The notes: generated by a model from the sequence alone, not told the origin. Shown: positions 30,561 to 40,471, numbered from the stretch's first letter. The stretch: DNA of 64,000 nt from Coriobacteriia bacterium (GCA_030603745.1 JAUVXE010000003.1:131923-195922), one strand, 5' to 3'. Numbers and translations: made by a program.

Positions 30561-31919
30561 ATGCACGTCGAGGCACCGACGGCGGAGGAGATCCGCGAGC
30601 AGGTCCACACGCTCATGGCCGGCCACGACTGGCTCGCGGTCCGGCGGATCCTCGCGGAGATGTCGGTGCCCGAGGTCGCCGACCTGCTGCTCGAGGTCGA
30701 GATGCCCGAGCGGCTCCTCGTCTTCCGGCTGCTGCCGCGCGACCTGTCCGACGACGTCTTCTCCTACCTCGACGGCCACGACCAGGACGTCATCCTCGGC
30801 GGGCTGACCGATCGCGAGACGAGGCGCCTGCTCGCCGCGATGGAACCCGACGACCGCACCGAGCTCTTCGAGGAGCTCCCCGGCGAGATCACCCAGAAGC
30901 TGCTGAACCTCCTCGGCGAGGAGGACCTGGCCGAGGTCCGGCAGCTGCTCGGGTATCCGGAGGAGAGCGTGGGCCGGCTCGCCAACACCGACTACGTCGC
31001 GATCCGGCCCGAGTGGTCGGTCGAGCACGCGCTCGCGCACATCCGCGAGCGGGGACGCGACTCCGAGACGATCGATATCCTCTACGTCACCGACCGCGGC
31101 TGGCACCTGAAGGGCGTGTGCGAGCTGCGGCGGCTCATCCTCGCCTCGCCGGAGCAGACCGTGGGCGAGATCATGGAGCCCGTGCATGCGAGCGTGAGCG
31201 CCTTCGACGACCAGGAGGAGGCCGTCCGCGAGATGCAGCGCCACGACACGGTCGCGCTGCCGGTCGTGGACTCGGCCGGCGTGCTCATCGGCATCGTGAC
31301 CGCGGACGACGTCTTCGACGTCCTCGAAGAGGAGGTCACCGAGGACGTGCACCGCACCGCCTCGGTCGCACCGCTGCGCCAGAGCTACCGCCGCACGAGC
31401 ATCCTCGACCTGTACGGCAAGCGCATAGGGTGGCTCGCGATCCTGTTGCTCGTGAACCTCGTGTCCTCCGGGATCATCTCCGCCTACGAGGAGACGCTCT
31501 CCGCCGCCATCGCGCTCGCGTTCTTCATCCCGCTCCTCATCGCGACCGGCGGCAACACCGGCTCGCAGTCGGCGATGATGATGGTCCGCGCGCTCGTCAC
31601 CGACGACGTGAGCGTGGGCCAGTGGGCGGGCACGTTCGCCAAGGAGCTCGGCGTGGGCGTCATGCTCGGCGTGACGCTCGCCGCCGGAAGCTTCCTGCTC
31701 GGCCTCTTCCGCGGTGACGTGATGATCGGCGTGGTGGTCGCGCTCTCGATGATGGCGATCGTGGTGGTCTCGAACCTCATCGGCATGTCACTCCCGTTCG
31801 TCTTCACGCGGGTGGGCCAGGACCCCACCGTCGCGTCGAGCCCGCTCATCACCTCGATCGCGGACGCGGCCGGTCTGCTCATCTACTTCACGTTCGCCTC
31901 GCTGCTCCTGCAGCTCTGA
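30561..31919 (+). CDS. mgtE: magnesium transporter MgtE (N domain + CBS pair + TM domain)
   Basis: VADLLLEV...AAMEPDDRTELFEEL...(CBS)...FIPLLIATGGNTGSQS...ITSIADAAGLLIYF. Confidence 0.9.
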   Translation: MHVEAPTAEEIREQVHTLMAGHDWLAVRRILAEMSVPEVADLLLEVEMPERLLVFRLLPRDLSDDVFSYLDGHDQDVILGGLTDRETRRLLAAMEPDDRTELFEELPGEITQKLLNLLGEEDLAEVRQLLGYPEESVGRLANTDYVAIRPEWSVEHALAHIRERGRDSETIDILYVTDRGWHLKGVCELRRLILASPEQTVGEIMEPVHASVSAFDDQEEAVREMQRHDTVALPVVDSAGVLIGIVTADDVFDVLEEEVTEDVHRTASVAPLRQSYRRTSILDLYGKRIGWLAILLLVNLVSSGIISAYEETLSAAIALAFFIPLLIATGGNTGSQSAMMMVRALVTDDVSVGQWAGTFAKELGVGVMLGVTLAAGSFLLGLFRGDVMIGVVVALSMMAIVVVSNLIGMSLPFVFTRVGQDPTVASSPLITSIADAAGLLIYFTFASLLLQL

Positions 31920-31993
31920 CCCCGCGGCACTCCTCGGCGGTACGGGTAAGGACTTCCTAGCACCTGCCAGCACACCGAGGAAGGGGAGCGCGG

Positions 31994-33655
31994 ATGCCCG
32001 CGACGCCGAGCGTGCTCATCGATCCCGAGCTCTATGACGCCGTCATCTTCGACATGGACGGCGTCATCACCGACACGGCCGGAGTGCACGCCGAGGCGTG
32101 GAAACGCCTCTTCGACGACTTCCTCACCGCGCATGCCGAGGAGACCGGCGGCGCGTTCGTGCCCTTCGACATCGAGCACGACTACCTGCCGTACGTGGAC
32201 GGCAAGGCGCGCCACGACGGAGTGCGCTCGTTCCTCGCCTCGCGCGACATCACGCTCCCCGAGGGATCCGACGACGACCCGCCCGAGGCGGCGACCGTGC
32301 ACGGCCTCGGCACCCGCAAGAACGGCTACTTCCTCGAGGCGATGGCCGAGGACGGCGTCGACGCGTTCCCCGCGGCGGTCGCGCTCGTGGAGGCGCTGCG
32401 GGCCGCGGGCGTGCGGACGGCGATCATCTCGGCGTCGCGCAACGCGGCGGGCGTGCTCGCGGCCGCCGGCGTGGACGGGCTGTTCGACACGCGGGTGGAC
32501 GGCGACACCGCCGCCGAGCTCTCGCTCTCCGGCAAGCCGGCGCCCGACGTGTTCTGCGAGGCGGCGCGCCGGCTCGGCGCGGCCCCGGAGCGGGCGGTCG
32601 TGGTCGAGGATGCCGAGTCCGGGGTCGCGGCGGGCGCAGCGGGCGGGTTCGGGCTCGTGATCGGCGTGGACCACGCCGGGCGGCCCGAACGGCTGCTCGC
32701 CGAGGGCGCCGACGTGGTGGTCGACGGTCTCGACGAGGTGGCCGTGCTCGACCGCGCGCCGATCTCCGGACTGCCCGACGCGCTCGATGCGTGGGACGCC
32801 GAGATCGCCCCGGCGCTCTCCGGGCGGCGGATCGCCGTCTTCCTCGACTACGACGGCACGCTCACCCCCATCGTCGAGCGGCCCGAGGACGCCGTGCTCG
32901 CGCCTGAGATGCGCGAGCGGATCCGCGCGCTCGCCGCTCATGCGCTGGTGGCGATCGTGAGCGGGAGGGACGTGGCGTTCGTGATCGAGCAGGTCGCGGT
33001 GGAGGAGGCGCTTTTCCTCGGCAGTCACGGGTTCGACGTGGTGACGCCGGTGGGGATGGAGCTCTCGCAGGAGCGCGCGGGGGAGTTCGAGCGGTTCCTC
33101 GGCCCCCTCGCCGAGGCCGAGGAGCGGCTCGCCGACAGGATCGCGGGGATCGAGGGCGCGCACATCGAACGCAAGAAGTACGCGATCGCTGTCCACTATC
33201 GGCAGACCCCCGAGGACGAGGTGGACGCGGTCGAGCGCGCCGTCGACGAGGCGCTCGCCGCGGCGGACGGGGCGGCGGACGGGGCGGTGGACGGGGTAGT
33301 GGACACGCAGGCGGACGAGCACGGGGCGCCCCCGCGGGCGCGGCTGCGCAAGACCGGCGGCAAGAAGGTCTTCGAGCTGCGGCCGGACCTCGACTGGGAC
33401 AAGGGCCGCGCGCTCGCGTGGGTGCTCGAGGCGCTCGGCATGGACGGCGGCGACGTCGCGCCGGTCTACGTGGGCGACGACCTCACCGACGAGGACGCGT
33501 TCGCGATGGTGCGCGACAGCGGCCTGGCGGTGGTCGTGCGCGGCGAGGGCGAGGAACGCTCGACGCTCGCGCGCTACCGCGTGGAGGACACCGCCGCAGT
33601 GGGCCACGTGCTCGAACGGGTCGCGCTGCTGGCGCGGGAAGGAGCGCGGCGATGA
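31994..33655 (+). CDS. fusion of a beta-phosphoglucomutase-like HAD hydrolase and trehalose-6-phosphate phosphatase (OtsB-like)
   Basis: The N-terminal part has AVIFDMDGVITDT...GKPAPDVF...VVEDAESGV (HAD-IA). The C-terminal part has AVFLDYDGTLTPIV...VSGR...YVGDDLTDEDAF (trehalose-phosphatase). Confidence 0.8.
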   Translation: MPATPSVLIDPELYDAVIFDMDGVITDTAGVHAEAWKRLFDDFLTAHAEETGGAFVPFDIEHDYLPYVDGKARHDGVRSFLASRDITLPEGSDDDPPEAATVHGLGTRKNGYFLEAMAEDGVDAFPAAVALVEALRAAGVRTAIISASRNAAGVLAAAGVDGLFDTRVDGDTAAELSLSGKPAPDVFCEAARRLGAAPERAVVVEDAESGVAAGAAGGFGLVIGVDHAGRPERLLAEGADVVVDGLDEVAVLDRAPISGLPDALDAWDAEIAPALSGRRIAVFLDYDGTLTPIVERPEDAVLAPEMRERIRALAAHALVAIVSGRDVAFVIEQVAVEEALFLGSHGFDVVTPVGMELSQERAGEFERFLGPLAEAEERLADRIAGIEGAHIERKKYAIAVHYRQTPEDEVDAVERAVDEALAAADGAADGAVDGVVDTQADEHGAPPRARLRKTGGKKVFELRPDLDWDKGRALAWVLEALGMDGGDVAPVYVGDDLTDEDAFAMVRDSGLAVVVRGEGEERSTLARYRVEDTAAVGHVLERVALLAREGARR

Positions 33656-36060
33656 GCATCTGGACGCTCACCTACGAGGGGTATGACCCGGCGAGCGAGC
33701 GGCTCCGCGAGGCGCTCTGTACGGTGGGGAACGGCTATCTGGCCACGCGCGGCGCCGCCCCGGAGTCCTCGGCAGGGGAGTACCACTACCCCGGCACCTA
33801 CCTCGCCGGCTACTTCAACCGGCTCGACACCGAGATCCACGGCCGCGACGTCTCCAACGAGTCGATGGTGAACATGCCCAACTGGCTCCCGCTCGCCTTC
33901 CGGATCGGCGAGGACGGCCCCTGGTTCGATCTCGACTCGGGCGAGTGGGAGATCCTCGAGTACGTCCAAGAGCTCGACCTGCGCAAAGGCGTGCTCAGCC
34001 GACGGGTCCGCGTTCGCGACGACACCGGGCGCACCACCGCGATCGCCCAGCGCCGCTTCGTGAGCATGGGCCATCGTCACCTCGCCGGCCTCGAGACCAC
34101 CGTCCACGCCGAGGACTGGTCGGGCACGCTCGAGTTCCGCTCGGCGATCGACGGTACCGTCGCGAACACGGGGGTCGAGCGCTACCTCGACCTCGACAGC
34201 GTCCACCTCGAGCCGCGCGAGGCGGGTCACGACGGCGAGCTCTCATGGCTCGCGGTCGAGACCAACCAGTCTCGCCTGCGCGTGGCCGAGGCGGTGCGCC
34301 TCCGCGTGTTCGGCGACGAGGGCCAGCCGCTCGAGCCCGCGTTCGCCTACGAGACCTCGCCGGGGCACGTCGAGTGCACCTTCGCCGTCGAGGTCGCCGA
34401 GGACGAGCTCGTCTCGGTCGAGAAGATCGCCGCGATCTTCGGCTCCCACGACAAGGCGATCTCCGAGCCGCTCGCCGAGGCTCGTGCGCACGCCGCGCGC
34501 GCCCGTTCCTTCGACGACCTGCTCGTGTTCCAGAGCCTCACCTGGAGCCAGCTGTGGCGCCGGTTCGAGACCTCGGTCGACCCGGACGGCGACGACCGCG
34601 TGGGCATGGTGCTTAACCTGCACATCTTCCACGTCCTGCAGACGATCTCGCACAACTCCATCGACCTCGACGTGGGCGTGCCGGCCCGCGGCCTTCACGG
34701 CGAGGCGTACCGCGGACACATCTTCTGGGACGAGATCTTCGTGTTCCCCCTGATCAACTACCGCCTTCCCGCGCTCACCCGCGCCCTCCTGAGCTACCGG
34801 TACCGTCGCCTGAACGAGGCCCGCCGCCTCGCGCGCGACGAGGGCCACGCCGGCGCGCTCTACCCCTGGCAGAGCGGATCCAACGGCGCCGAGGAGACCC
34901 AGACCTACCACTTGAACCCGCTCTCGGGCGAGTGGAAGCCCGACAACTCCCACCTTCAGCGCCATGTCAACATCGCGGTCGCCTACAACGTCTGGTCCTA
35001 CTACGAGGTGACCGGCGACGAGGAGTTCCTCGCCTACCGCGGCGCGGAGATGCTCATCGAGATCGCCCGGTTCTGGGCGAGCATCGCCACGTACAACAAG
35101 GTGACAGACCGCTATGACATCCTCGGCGTGATGGGGCCCGACGAGTATCACGACGGCTATCCGGATGCCGAGGAGCCCGGGCTCGACAACAACGCCTACA
35201 CCAACGTCATGGCCGCCTGGACCTTCTGTCGCGCGCAGGAGGCGCTCGACGCGCTCCGCCCGTACCGTCGCGAGGAGCTGTGGGAGCGGCTCTCGCTCGG
35301 TCGGGAAGAGCTCGAGTCGTGGGACGAACTCTCCCGCAAGCTCGCCGTGCCGTTCCACCACGACGGCGTCATCTCACAGTTCGAGGGATACGAGGAGCTC
35401 GAGGAGTTCGACTGGGAGGACTACCGCGCCAGGTACGGCGACATCCAGCGCCTCGACCGGATCCTCCACGCCGAGGGGGACACGCCCAACCGTTACAAGG
35501 TCTCCAAGCAGGCCGACGTGCTGATGCTCTTCTACCTGCTCTCCGACGAGGCGCTCGCCGAGCTGTTCGCGCGGCTCGGCTACGAGTGCACCTCCGAGAC
35601 CATCCACGCGACCATCGACTACTACCTCGCGCGGACCTCTCACGGCTCGACACTGAGCGGGCTCGTGCACTCTTGGGTGATCGCGCGGCGAGACCGCGGG
35701 CGCTCCTGGGAGCTGTTCGTCGAGGCGCTCGAGAGCGACGTCTCCGACGTTCAGGGTGGCACGACCGCCGAGGGGATCCACCTCGGCGCGATGGCCGGGA
35801 CGGTCGACCTGCTGCAGCGGGCCTACACCGGGCTCAACGCCCGCGAGGGGGTGCTCTGGTTCGACCCGGCGCTGCCCGACCCGGTCCGCGGCCTGACGAT
35901 GACGATCCGCTACCACGGGATGTGGCTCGGCGTGGAGATCACGCGCGAGCGGCTCGTGGTCACCTCCGACGCCGCCGACTCCGGCGTGTGTCAGATCGGC
36001 GTGCGCGACACGCTCCACGACTACGAGCCGGGGCAGACCCTCGAGGTGCGGCTCGGGTAG
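33652..36060 (+). CDS. glycoside hydrolase family 65 disaccharide phosphorylase (trehalose/maltose/kojibiose or trehalose-6-P phosphorylase type)
   Basis: The ATG at 33652 overlaps the upstream stop (ATGA). GNGYLATRGA...GEAYRGHIFWDEIFVFP...PWQSGS.G.EE are GH65 hallmarks. Confidence 0.9.
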   Translation: MSIWTLTYEGYDPASERLREALCTVGNGYLATRGAAPESSAGEYHYPGTYLAGYFNRLDTEIHGRDVSNESMVNMPNWLPLAFRIGEDGPWFDLDSGEWEILEYVQELDLRKGVLSRRVRVRDDTGRTTAIAQRRFVSMGHRHLAGLETTVHAEDWSGTLEFRSAIDGTVANTGVERYLDLDSVHLEPREAGHDGELSWLAVETNQSRLRVAEAVRLRVFGDEGQPLEPAFAYETSPGHVECTFAVEVAEDELVSVEKIAAIFGSHDKAISEPLAEARAHAARARSFDDLLVFQSLTWSQLWRRFETSVDPDGDDRVGMVLNLHIFHVLQTISHNSIDLDVGVPARGLHGEAYRGHIFWDEIFVFPLINYRLPALTRALLSYRYRRLNEARRLARDEGHAGALYPWQSGSNGAEETQTYHLNPLSGEWKPDNSHLQRHVNIAVAYNVWSYYEVTGDEEFLAYRGAEMLIEIARFWASIATYNKVTDRYDILGVMGPDEYHDGYPDAEEPGLDNNAYTNVMAAWTFCRAQEALDALRPYRREELWERLSLGREELESWDELSRKLAVPFHHDGVISQFEGYEELEEFDWEDYRARYGDIQRLDRILHAEGDTPNRYKVSKQADVLMLFYLLSDEALAELFARLGYECTSETIHATIDYYLARTSHGSTLSGLVHSWVIARRDRGRSWELFVEALESDVSDVQGGTTAEGIHLGAMAGTVDLLQRAYTGLNAREGVLWFDPALPDPVRGLTMTIRYHGMWLGVEITRERLVVTSDAADSGVCQIGVRDTLHDYEPGQTLEVRLG

Positions 36061-36109
36061 CGGGGCCGGTCGGTTCCCGAGAGGCCCGCTCCGCCATCCG
36101 TCCGCACCC

Positions 36110-36131
36110 ACGTTTCCGTCACGTTTCCGTC
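36110..36131. repeat. perfect tandem 11-bp repeat ACGTTTCCGTC x2 over the -35 position of the hdrBC-glt promoter (GAAAC-n6-GAAAC on the opposite strand)
   Basis: Read directly from the sequence. It is followed 16 nt later by TATACT (36148-36153). The GAAAC spacing is the same as in the glnA upstream boxes. Confidence 0.45.
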
Positions 36132-36289
36132 GGCACCCTCCCCGTGCTATACTCCGCCTACGCCGCACAACGACGTGCGTGCGAACGTGGAACGAGCGAT
36201 GAAGCTCGCCTGGCCCGAACGTGGGCTGTGGCGGGCTTCTCTTGTTCCTCGGCCAAGACCGGCGACGACCGGCACGAAGGAGGCACCAC

Positions 36290-37672
36290 ATGAAGGAGTT
36301 CGCGGCGTTCTGGGGCTGTACGATCCCGGCGCGATTCCCGTTCATCGAGAAGGCCACGAGGCTCGTCTTCGACGACCTCGGCGCCCGTGTGCACGAGCTC
36401 GAAGGCCACACGTGCTGCCCCGAGGGCGTGCTCGTGAAGGCGAACGACGAGCATGCCTTCTACACGGCCGCCGCCCGCAACCTCGCCATCACGGAGCGTG
36501 CCGAGCTCGACGTGGTCACGCCGTGCAACGGCTGCTACTCGACGTTCAAGGAGGCCCAGAGCCACCTGCGCACCGAGTGGCGGGAGCGCGAGGAGATCAA
36601 CGAGCGTCTCGACCGCGAGGAGCTGCACTACCACGGCTCGAACAAGGTCACCCACTTCGCCGAGTGGCTCGTGGACGAGATGGGCACCGGGCTCGTGGCG
36701 TCCAAGGTCGTCCGGCCGCTGTGGGGCATGCGCATCGCGGTCCACTACGGCTGTCACCTGTTGCGTCCCCAGCCCGCGGTGCGCTGGGACGACCCGCTCC
36801 ACCCCCGCAAGGTCGAGGAGCTCATCGCCGCCCTCGGCGCGCGGGTGGTCGACTACCCCACCAAGATGCAGTGTTGCGGCGGGGCGCTCGACCGGGTGGG
36901 GGAGCGCGAGTCATCGCTCGCCTTCGCTCGCACCAAGCTGCTCGACCTCACCCGCGAACAGGTCGACGCGCTCGTGGTGGTCTGCCCGAGTTGCTTCCAG
37001 CAGTTCGACCTCAACCAGGCCGCCCTCCAGCGCGCCAAGGAGGACGTCCACGTCCCGGTGCTCTACCTCGCCGAGCTGCTCGCGCTGACCTACGGGCACG
37101 AGCCCGAGGAGTTCGGCCTCGACATGCACCGGGTGTCCGTCGCGCCCTTCCTCGACCGCTGGGGCTCTCGCACCGCCGACAAGGCCCGCCTCGCGAGCCA
37201 CTTCGACGTCGCGATGCTCGGGAAGTGCTACTCCTGCCAAGCGTGCAAGGACGACTGCCCGGTCTGCAAGGTCGATCCGGCGTTCCAGCCCACCGAGATC
37301 ATCGGCGACCTCGTGCGCGGCTACCTCGACGACGTCATCGAGGAAACGCAGCTGTGGAAGTGCCTCGAGTGCTACACCTGCCAGGAGCTCTGCCACTCCG
37401 ACATCGGCATGGCCGAGACGTTCCGGCAGCTGAAAGAGCTCGCGATGGCCGCGGGTAGCGGACCGGAGTCCGTCTCGGCGGCGTACAAGACGTTCCTCGA
37501 GACCGGCACCCTCGGCAAGCCCAAGGAGTCCGCGCGCAAGAAGCTCGGCCTCGCGCCGCTGCCGACCTCGGGAGGCAACGCCATCTCGTGCCTGATGTGC
37601 GACGACGACGCCTCCTCCGCCTCCGCCGAGGCGACCGCCACCGATCCGTCCCCCGACACCGAGGGAGAGTAG
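36290..37672 (+). CDS. fused HdrB-like (two CCG domains) and HdrC-like (2x[4Fe-4S]) iron-sulfur oxidoreductase
   Basis: The ATG at 36290 follows GAAGGAGG. The HdrB-type CCG/Cys motifs are HTCCPEG...PCNGCY and MQCCGGA...VCPSCF. The C-terminal part has CYSCQACKDDCP and CLECYTCQELC ferredoxin motifs. Confidence 0.8.
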   Translation: MKEFAAFWGCTIPARFPFIEKATRLVFDDLGARVHELEGHTCCPEGVLVKANDEHAFYTAAARNLAITERAELDVVTPCNGCYSTFKEAQSHLRTEWREREEINERLDREELHYHGSNKVTHFAEWLVDEMGTGLVASKVVRPLWGMRIAVHYGCHLLRPQPAVRWDDPLHPRKVEELIAALGARVVDYPTKMQCCGGALDRVGERESSLAFARTKLLDLTREQVDALVVVCPSCFQQFDLNQAALQRAKEDVHVPVLYLAELLALTYGHEPEEFGLDMHRVSVAPFLDRWGSRTADKARLASHFDVAMLGKCYSCQACKDDCPVCKVDPAFQPTEIIGDLVRGYLDDVIEETQLWKCLECYTCQELCHSDIGMAETFRQLKELAMAAGSGPESVSAAYKTFLETGTLGKPKESARKKLGLAPLPTSGGNAISCLMCDDDASSASAEATATDPSPDTEGE

Positions 37673-37674
37673 CC

Positions 37675-38958
37675 ATGCCGCGCTTTGAACCGCTCCTCGA
37701 GCGCATGCCCACCACCCGCACGCCCGAGTTCGTCGACCGCACCGCGCCCGGCGGCGCCGCCGGCGAGCGCCCGTCCTACACCGCCGAGGCGCCCTTCAAG
37801 ATCCACGGCGGCTGCGGCCTCATGGGCATCTGCGACGAGTCCGGCTCGCTGATGAGCGGCGAGAACGCCATCCGCGCGATGGCCGTGCAGCGCGATCGCG
37901 GCAACGGGCTCGGCGGGGGGTTCGCCGGCTACGGCATCTACCCCGAGTTCCCGGACCACTTCTGCTTCCACATGATGTTGCACGACGTGCGCGCCAAGGA
38001 GGAGGCCGAGGCGGTCTTCGACCGGCACTTCACCGTGGACCTCGCCGAGCCGATGCCCACGCGTCCCGTGAAGGGCATCTCCGACGCCCCGCTGCTGTGG
38101 CGCTACTTCCTCAAGCCCGACCCGCACCGCCTCGAGGAGACGGAGATGAGCGAGGAGGACTTCGTCGTCCACGTGGTCATGCTCATCAACTCCACCGTCG
38201 ACGGCGCGTTCGTCGCGAGCAGCGGCCGCAACATGGGCGCCTTCAAGGGCGTGGGCTTCCCCGAGGAGATCGGCCACTACTACCTGCTCGAGGAGTACGA
38301 GGGCCACACGTGGGTGGGCCATAACCGCTTCCCGACCAACACGCCCGGCTGGTGGGGCGGGGCGCACCCGTTCACGCTGCTTGACTGGTCGATCGTGCAT
38401 AACGGCGAGATCTCGAGCTACGGCATCAACAGCCGCTACCTCGAGGCGTTCGGCTACAAGTGTACGCTCGGCACCGACACCGAGGTCGCGGCCTACCTCT
38501 TCGACCTCATGCTCCGGCGCCACAAGCTGCCCATCGAGCTCGCGTGCAAGGCGCTCGCGAGCCCGCTGTGGTCCGACATCGACCGGATGCCGGAGGAGGA
38601 GCGCGCCCTCATGCGCTCGCTCCGCGCGGTCTACGGCCCGGGCATGCTCAACGGCCCGTTCGCGATCGTGCTCGGCCACAACGGCGGCATGGTCGCGCTC
38701 AACGACCGCATCAAGCTGCGCCCGCTCGTGGCCGCGCGCCAGGGCACCATCGTGATGGTCGCCTCCGAGGAGAGCGCGATGCGCGAGGTCCTCGACGCCC
38801 CCGACCGCGTCTGGGCGCCGCGCGCCGGCGAGCCCGTGATCGCGAGCGTGGCCGGCGCCGAGCAGCCGTTCCACGACGACCTGCACCTGTCCGCCGACGA
38901 GGTCTCGTGCGCCGTCACCGGCGTCGTCGAGACCTGCGAGACCGTCGAGGTGAACTAG
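37675..38958 (+). CDS. glutamate synthase large-subunit domain 1 homolog (class II / Ntn glutamine amidotransferase), stand-alone
   Basis: GGCGLMGICDESG...AVQRDRGNGLGGG...HNRFPTNTPG...HNGEISSYG. It starts 2 nt after the hdrBC stop. Confidence 0.8.
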   Translation: MPRFEPLLERMPTTRTPEFVDRTAPGGAAGERPSYTAEAPFKIHGGCGLMGICDESGSLMSGENAIRAMAVQRDRGNGLGGGFAGYGIYPEFPDHFCFHMMLHDVRAKEEAEAVFDRHFTVDLAEPMPTRPVKGISDAPLLWRYFLKPDPHRLEETEMSEEDFVVHVVMLINSTVDGAFVASSGRNMGAFKGVGFPEEIGHYYLLEEYEGHTWVGHNRFPTNTPGWWGGAHPFTLLDWSIVHNGEISSYGINSRYLEAFGYKCTLGTDTEVAAYLFDLMLRRHKLPIELACKALASPLWSDIDRMPEEERALMRSLRAVYGPGMLNGPFAIVLGHNGGMVALNDRIKLRPLVAARQGTIVMVASEESAMREVLDAPDRVWAPRAGEPVIASVAGAEQPFHDDLHLSADEVSCAVTGVVETCETVEVN

Positions 38959-38959
38959 C

Positions 38960-40471
38960 ATGCCGATCTCACTCATCCAGCCGGAGTTCAAGGTCCACAT
39001 CGACTACGACAAATGCCACAAGTGCGGCCGCTGCGTGCAGCAGTGCGGCTGGGGCGTGTACAACTTCAACGAGCGCCCCATCCCCGATGACGCCAAGTGC
39101 CGCGCCTGTCACCGCTGCGTGACCTACTGCCCCGCGCACTGCATCACCATCAAGAAGAACGACCTCGCGCTCCGCGACAACGCCAACTGGTCGGCCGGGC
39201 TCCGCACCGCGGTCTGGCGCCAGGCCGAGACCGGCGGCGTCATGCTGACCGGGATGGGCAACGATAAGCCCTACCAGTCGATCTTCGACCACCTCGTGCT
39301 CGACGCCTGCCAGGTCACCAACCCCTCCATCGACCCGCTCCGTGAGCCGATGGAGCTGCGCACCTACCTCGGCAGGAAGCCCGACGCGGTGAGCGTCGAG
39401 TCCGACGGCGACGGTGGCTTCAGGCTCGCCGAGGGCTCGGGCGTGGAGAAGAACGTCAAGCTCGACACGCCGATCATCTTCTCGCCGATGAGCTACGGCT
39501 CGGTCTCGCTCAACGTCCACCGCTCGCTCGCGATGGCCGCCGAGCGCCTCGGCATCCTCATGAACACCGGCGAGGGCGGGCTGCACGCGGACCTCTACCC
39601 CTACGCCGACAACGTGATCGTGCAGGTGGCCTCGGGGCGCTTCGGCGTGAACCCGGAGTACCTGAACCGCGGCGCCGCGGTCGAGATCAAGGTGGGGCAG
39701 GGGGCCAAGCCGGGTATCGGCGGACACCTGCCGGGCGAGAAGATCAACAAGGAGGTCTCCGAGACCCGGATGATCCCGCAGGGCTCCGATGCGATCAGCC
39801 CGGCGCCGCACCACGACATCTACTCGATCGAGGACCTGCGCCAGCTCATCTACTCGATCAAGGAGGCGACCGGCTACAAGCCGGTGGGCGTCAAGATCGC
39901 CGCGGTGCACAACGTCGCCGCCATCGCGAGCGGCATCGTGCGCGCGGGTGCGGACTACGTCTACCTCGACGGCTTCAAGGGCGGCACGGGCGCGGCGCCG
40001 CAGATCATCCGCGACCACATCGGCATCCCGGTCGAGATCGCGATCGCGGTCGTCGACCAGCGGCTGCGCGACGAGGGCATCCGCAACCAGGCCTCGATCG
40101 TGGCGGCCGGCTCGATTCGCTCCTCGGCGGACCTCGCCAAGGCGATCGCGCTCGGCGCCGACGTGGTGGCGATCGGCTCGGCGGCGCTCATGGCGCTCGG
40201 GTGCCACATGTGCCAGGGCTGCCACACCGGTTCGTGCTCGTGGGGACTCACCACGCAGAAGCCCGAGCTCACGCGCCGCGTGGACCCCGAGTGGGGCGCC
40301 GAGCGGCTCACGAACCTCGTGCACGCGTGGAGCCACGAGCTGCAGGAGATCCTCGGCGCGCTCGGCGTGAACGCGGTCGAGTCGCTGCGCGGGAGCAGGG
40401 AGCGGCTGCGCTCCATCGGCCTGGACCAGCAGACATGCGACATCCTGGGCGTCAAGCCCGCGGGACTGTAG
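38960..40471 (+). CDS. glutamate synthase FMN-binding central domain with an N-terminal 2x[4Fe-4S] ferredoxin domain (archaeal-type GltS)
   Basis: CHKCGRCVQQC / CRACHRCVTYCP, then FSPMSYGSVS...VASGRFGV...IKVGQGAKPGIGGHLPG...SPAPHHDIYSIEDL...LDGFKGGTGAAP. Confidence 0.9.
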   Translation: MPISLIQPEFKVHIDYDKCHKCGRCVQQCGWGVYNFNERPIPDDAKCRACHRCVTYCPAHCITIKKNDLALRDNANWSAGLRTAVWRQAETGGVMLTGMGNDKPYQSIFDHLVLDACQVTNPSIDPLREPMELRTYLGRKPDAVSVESDGDGGFRLAEGSGVEKNVKLDTPIIFSPMSYGSVSLNVHRSLAMAAERLGILMNTGEGGLHADLYPYADNVIVQVASGRFGVNPEYLNRGAAVEIKVGQGAKPGIGGHLPGEKINKEVSETRMIPQGSDAISPAPHHDIYSIEDLRQLIYSIKEATGYKPVGVKIAAVHNVAAIASGIVRAGADYVYLDGFKGGTGAAPQIIRDHIGIPVEIAIAVVDQRLRDEGIRNQASIVAAGSIRSSADLAKAIALGADVVAIGSAALMALGCHMCQGCHTGSCSWGLTTQKPELTRRVDPEWGAERLTNLVHAWSHELQEILGALGVNAVESLRGSRERLRSIGLDQQTCDILGVKPAGL

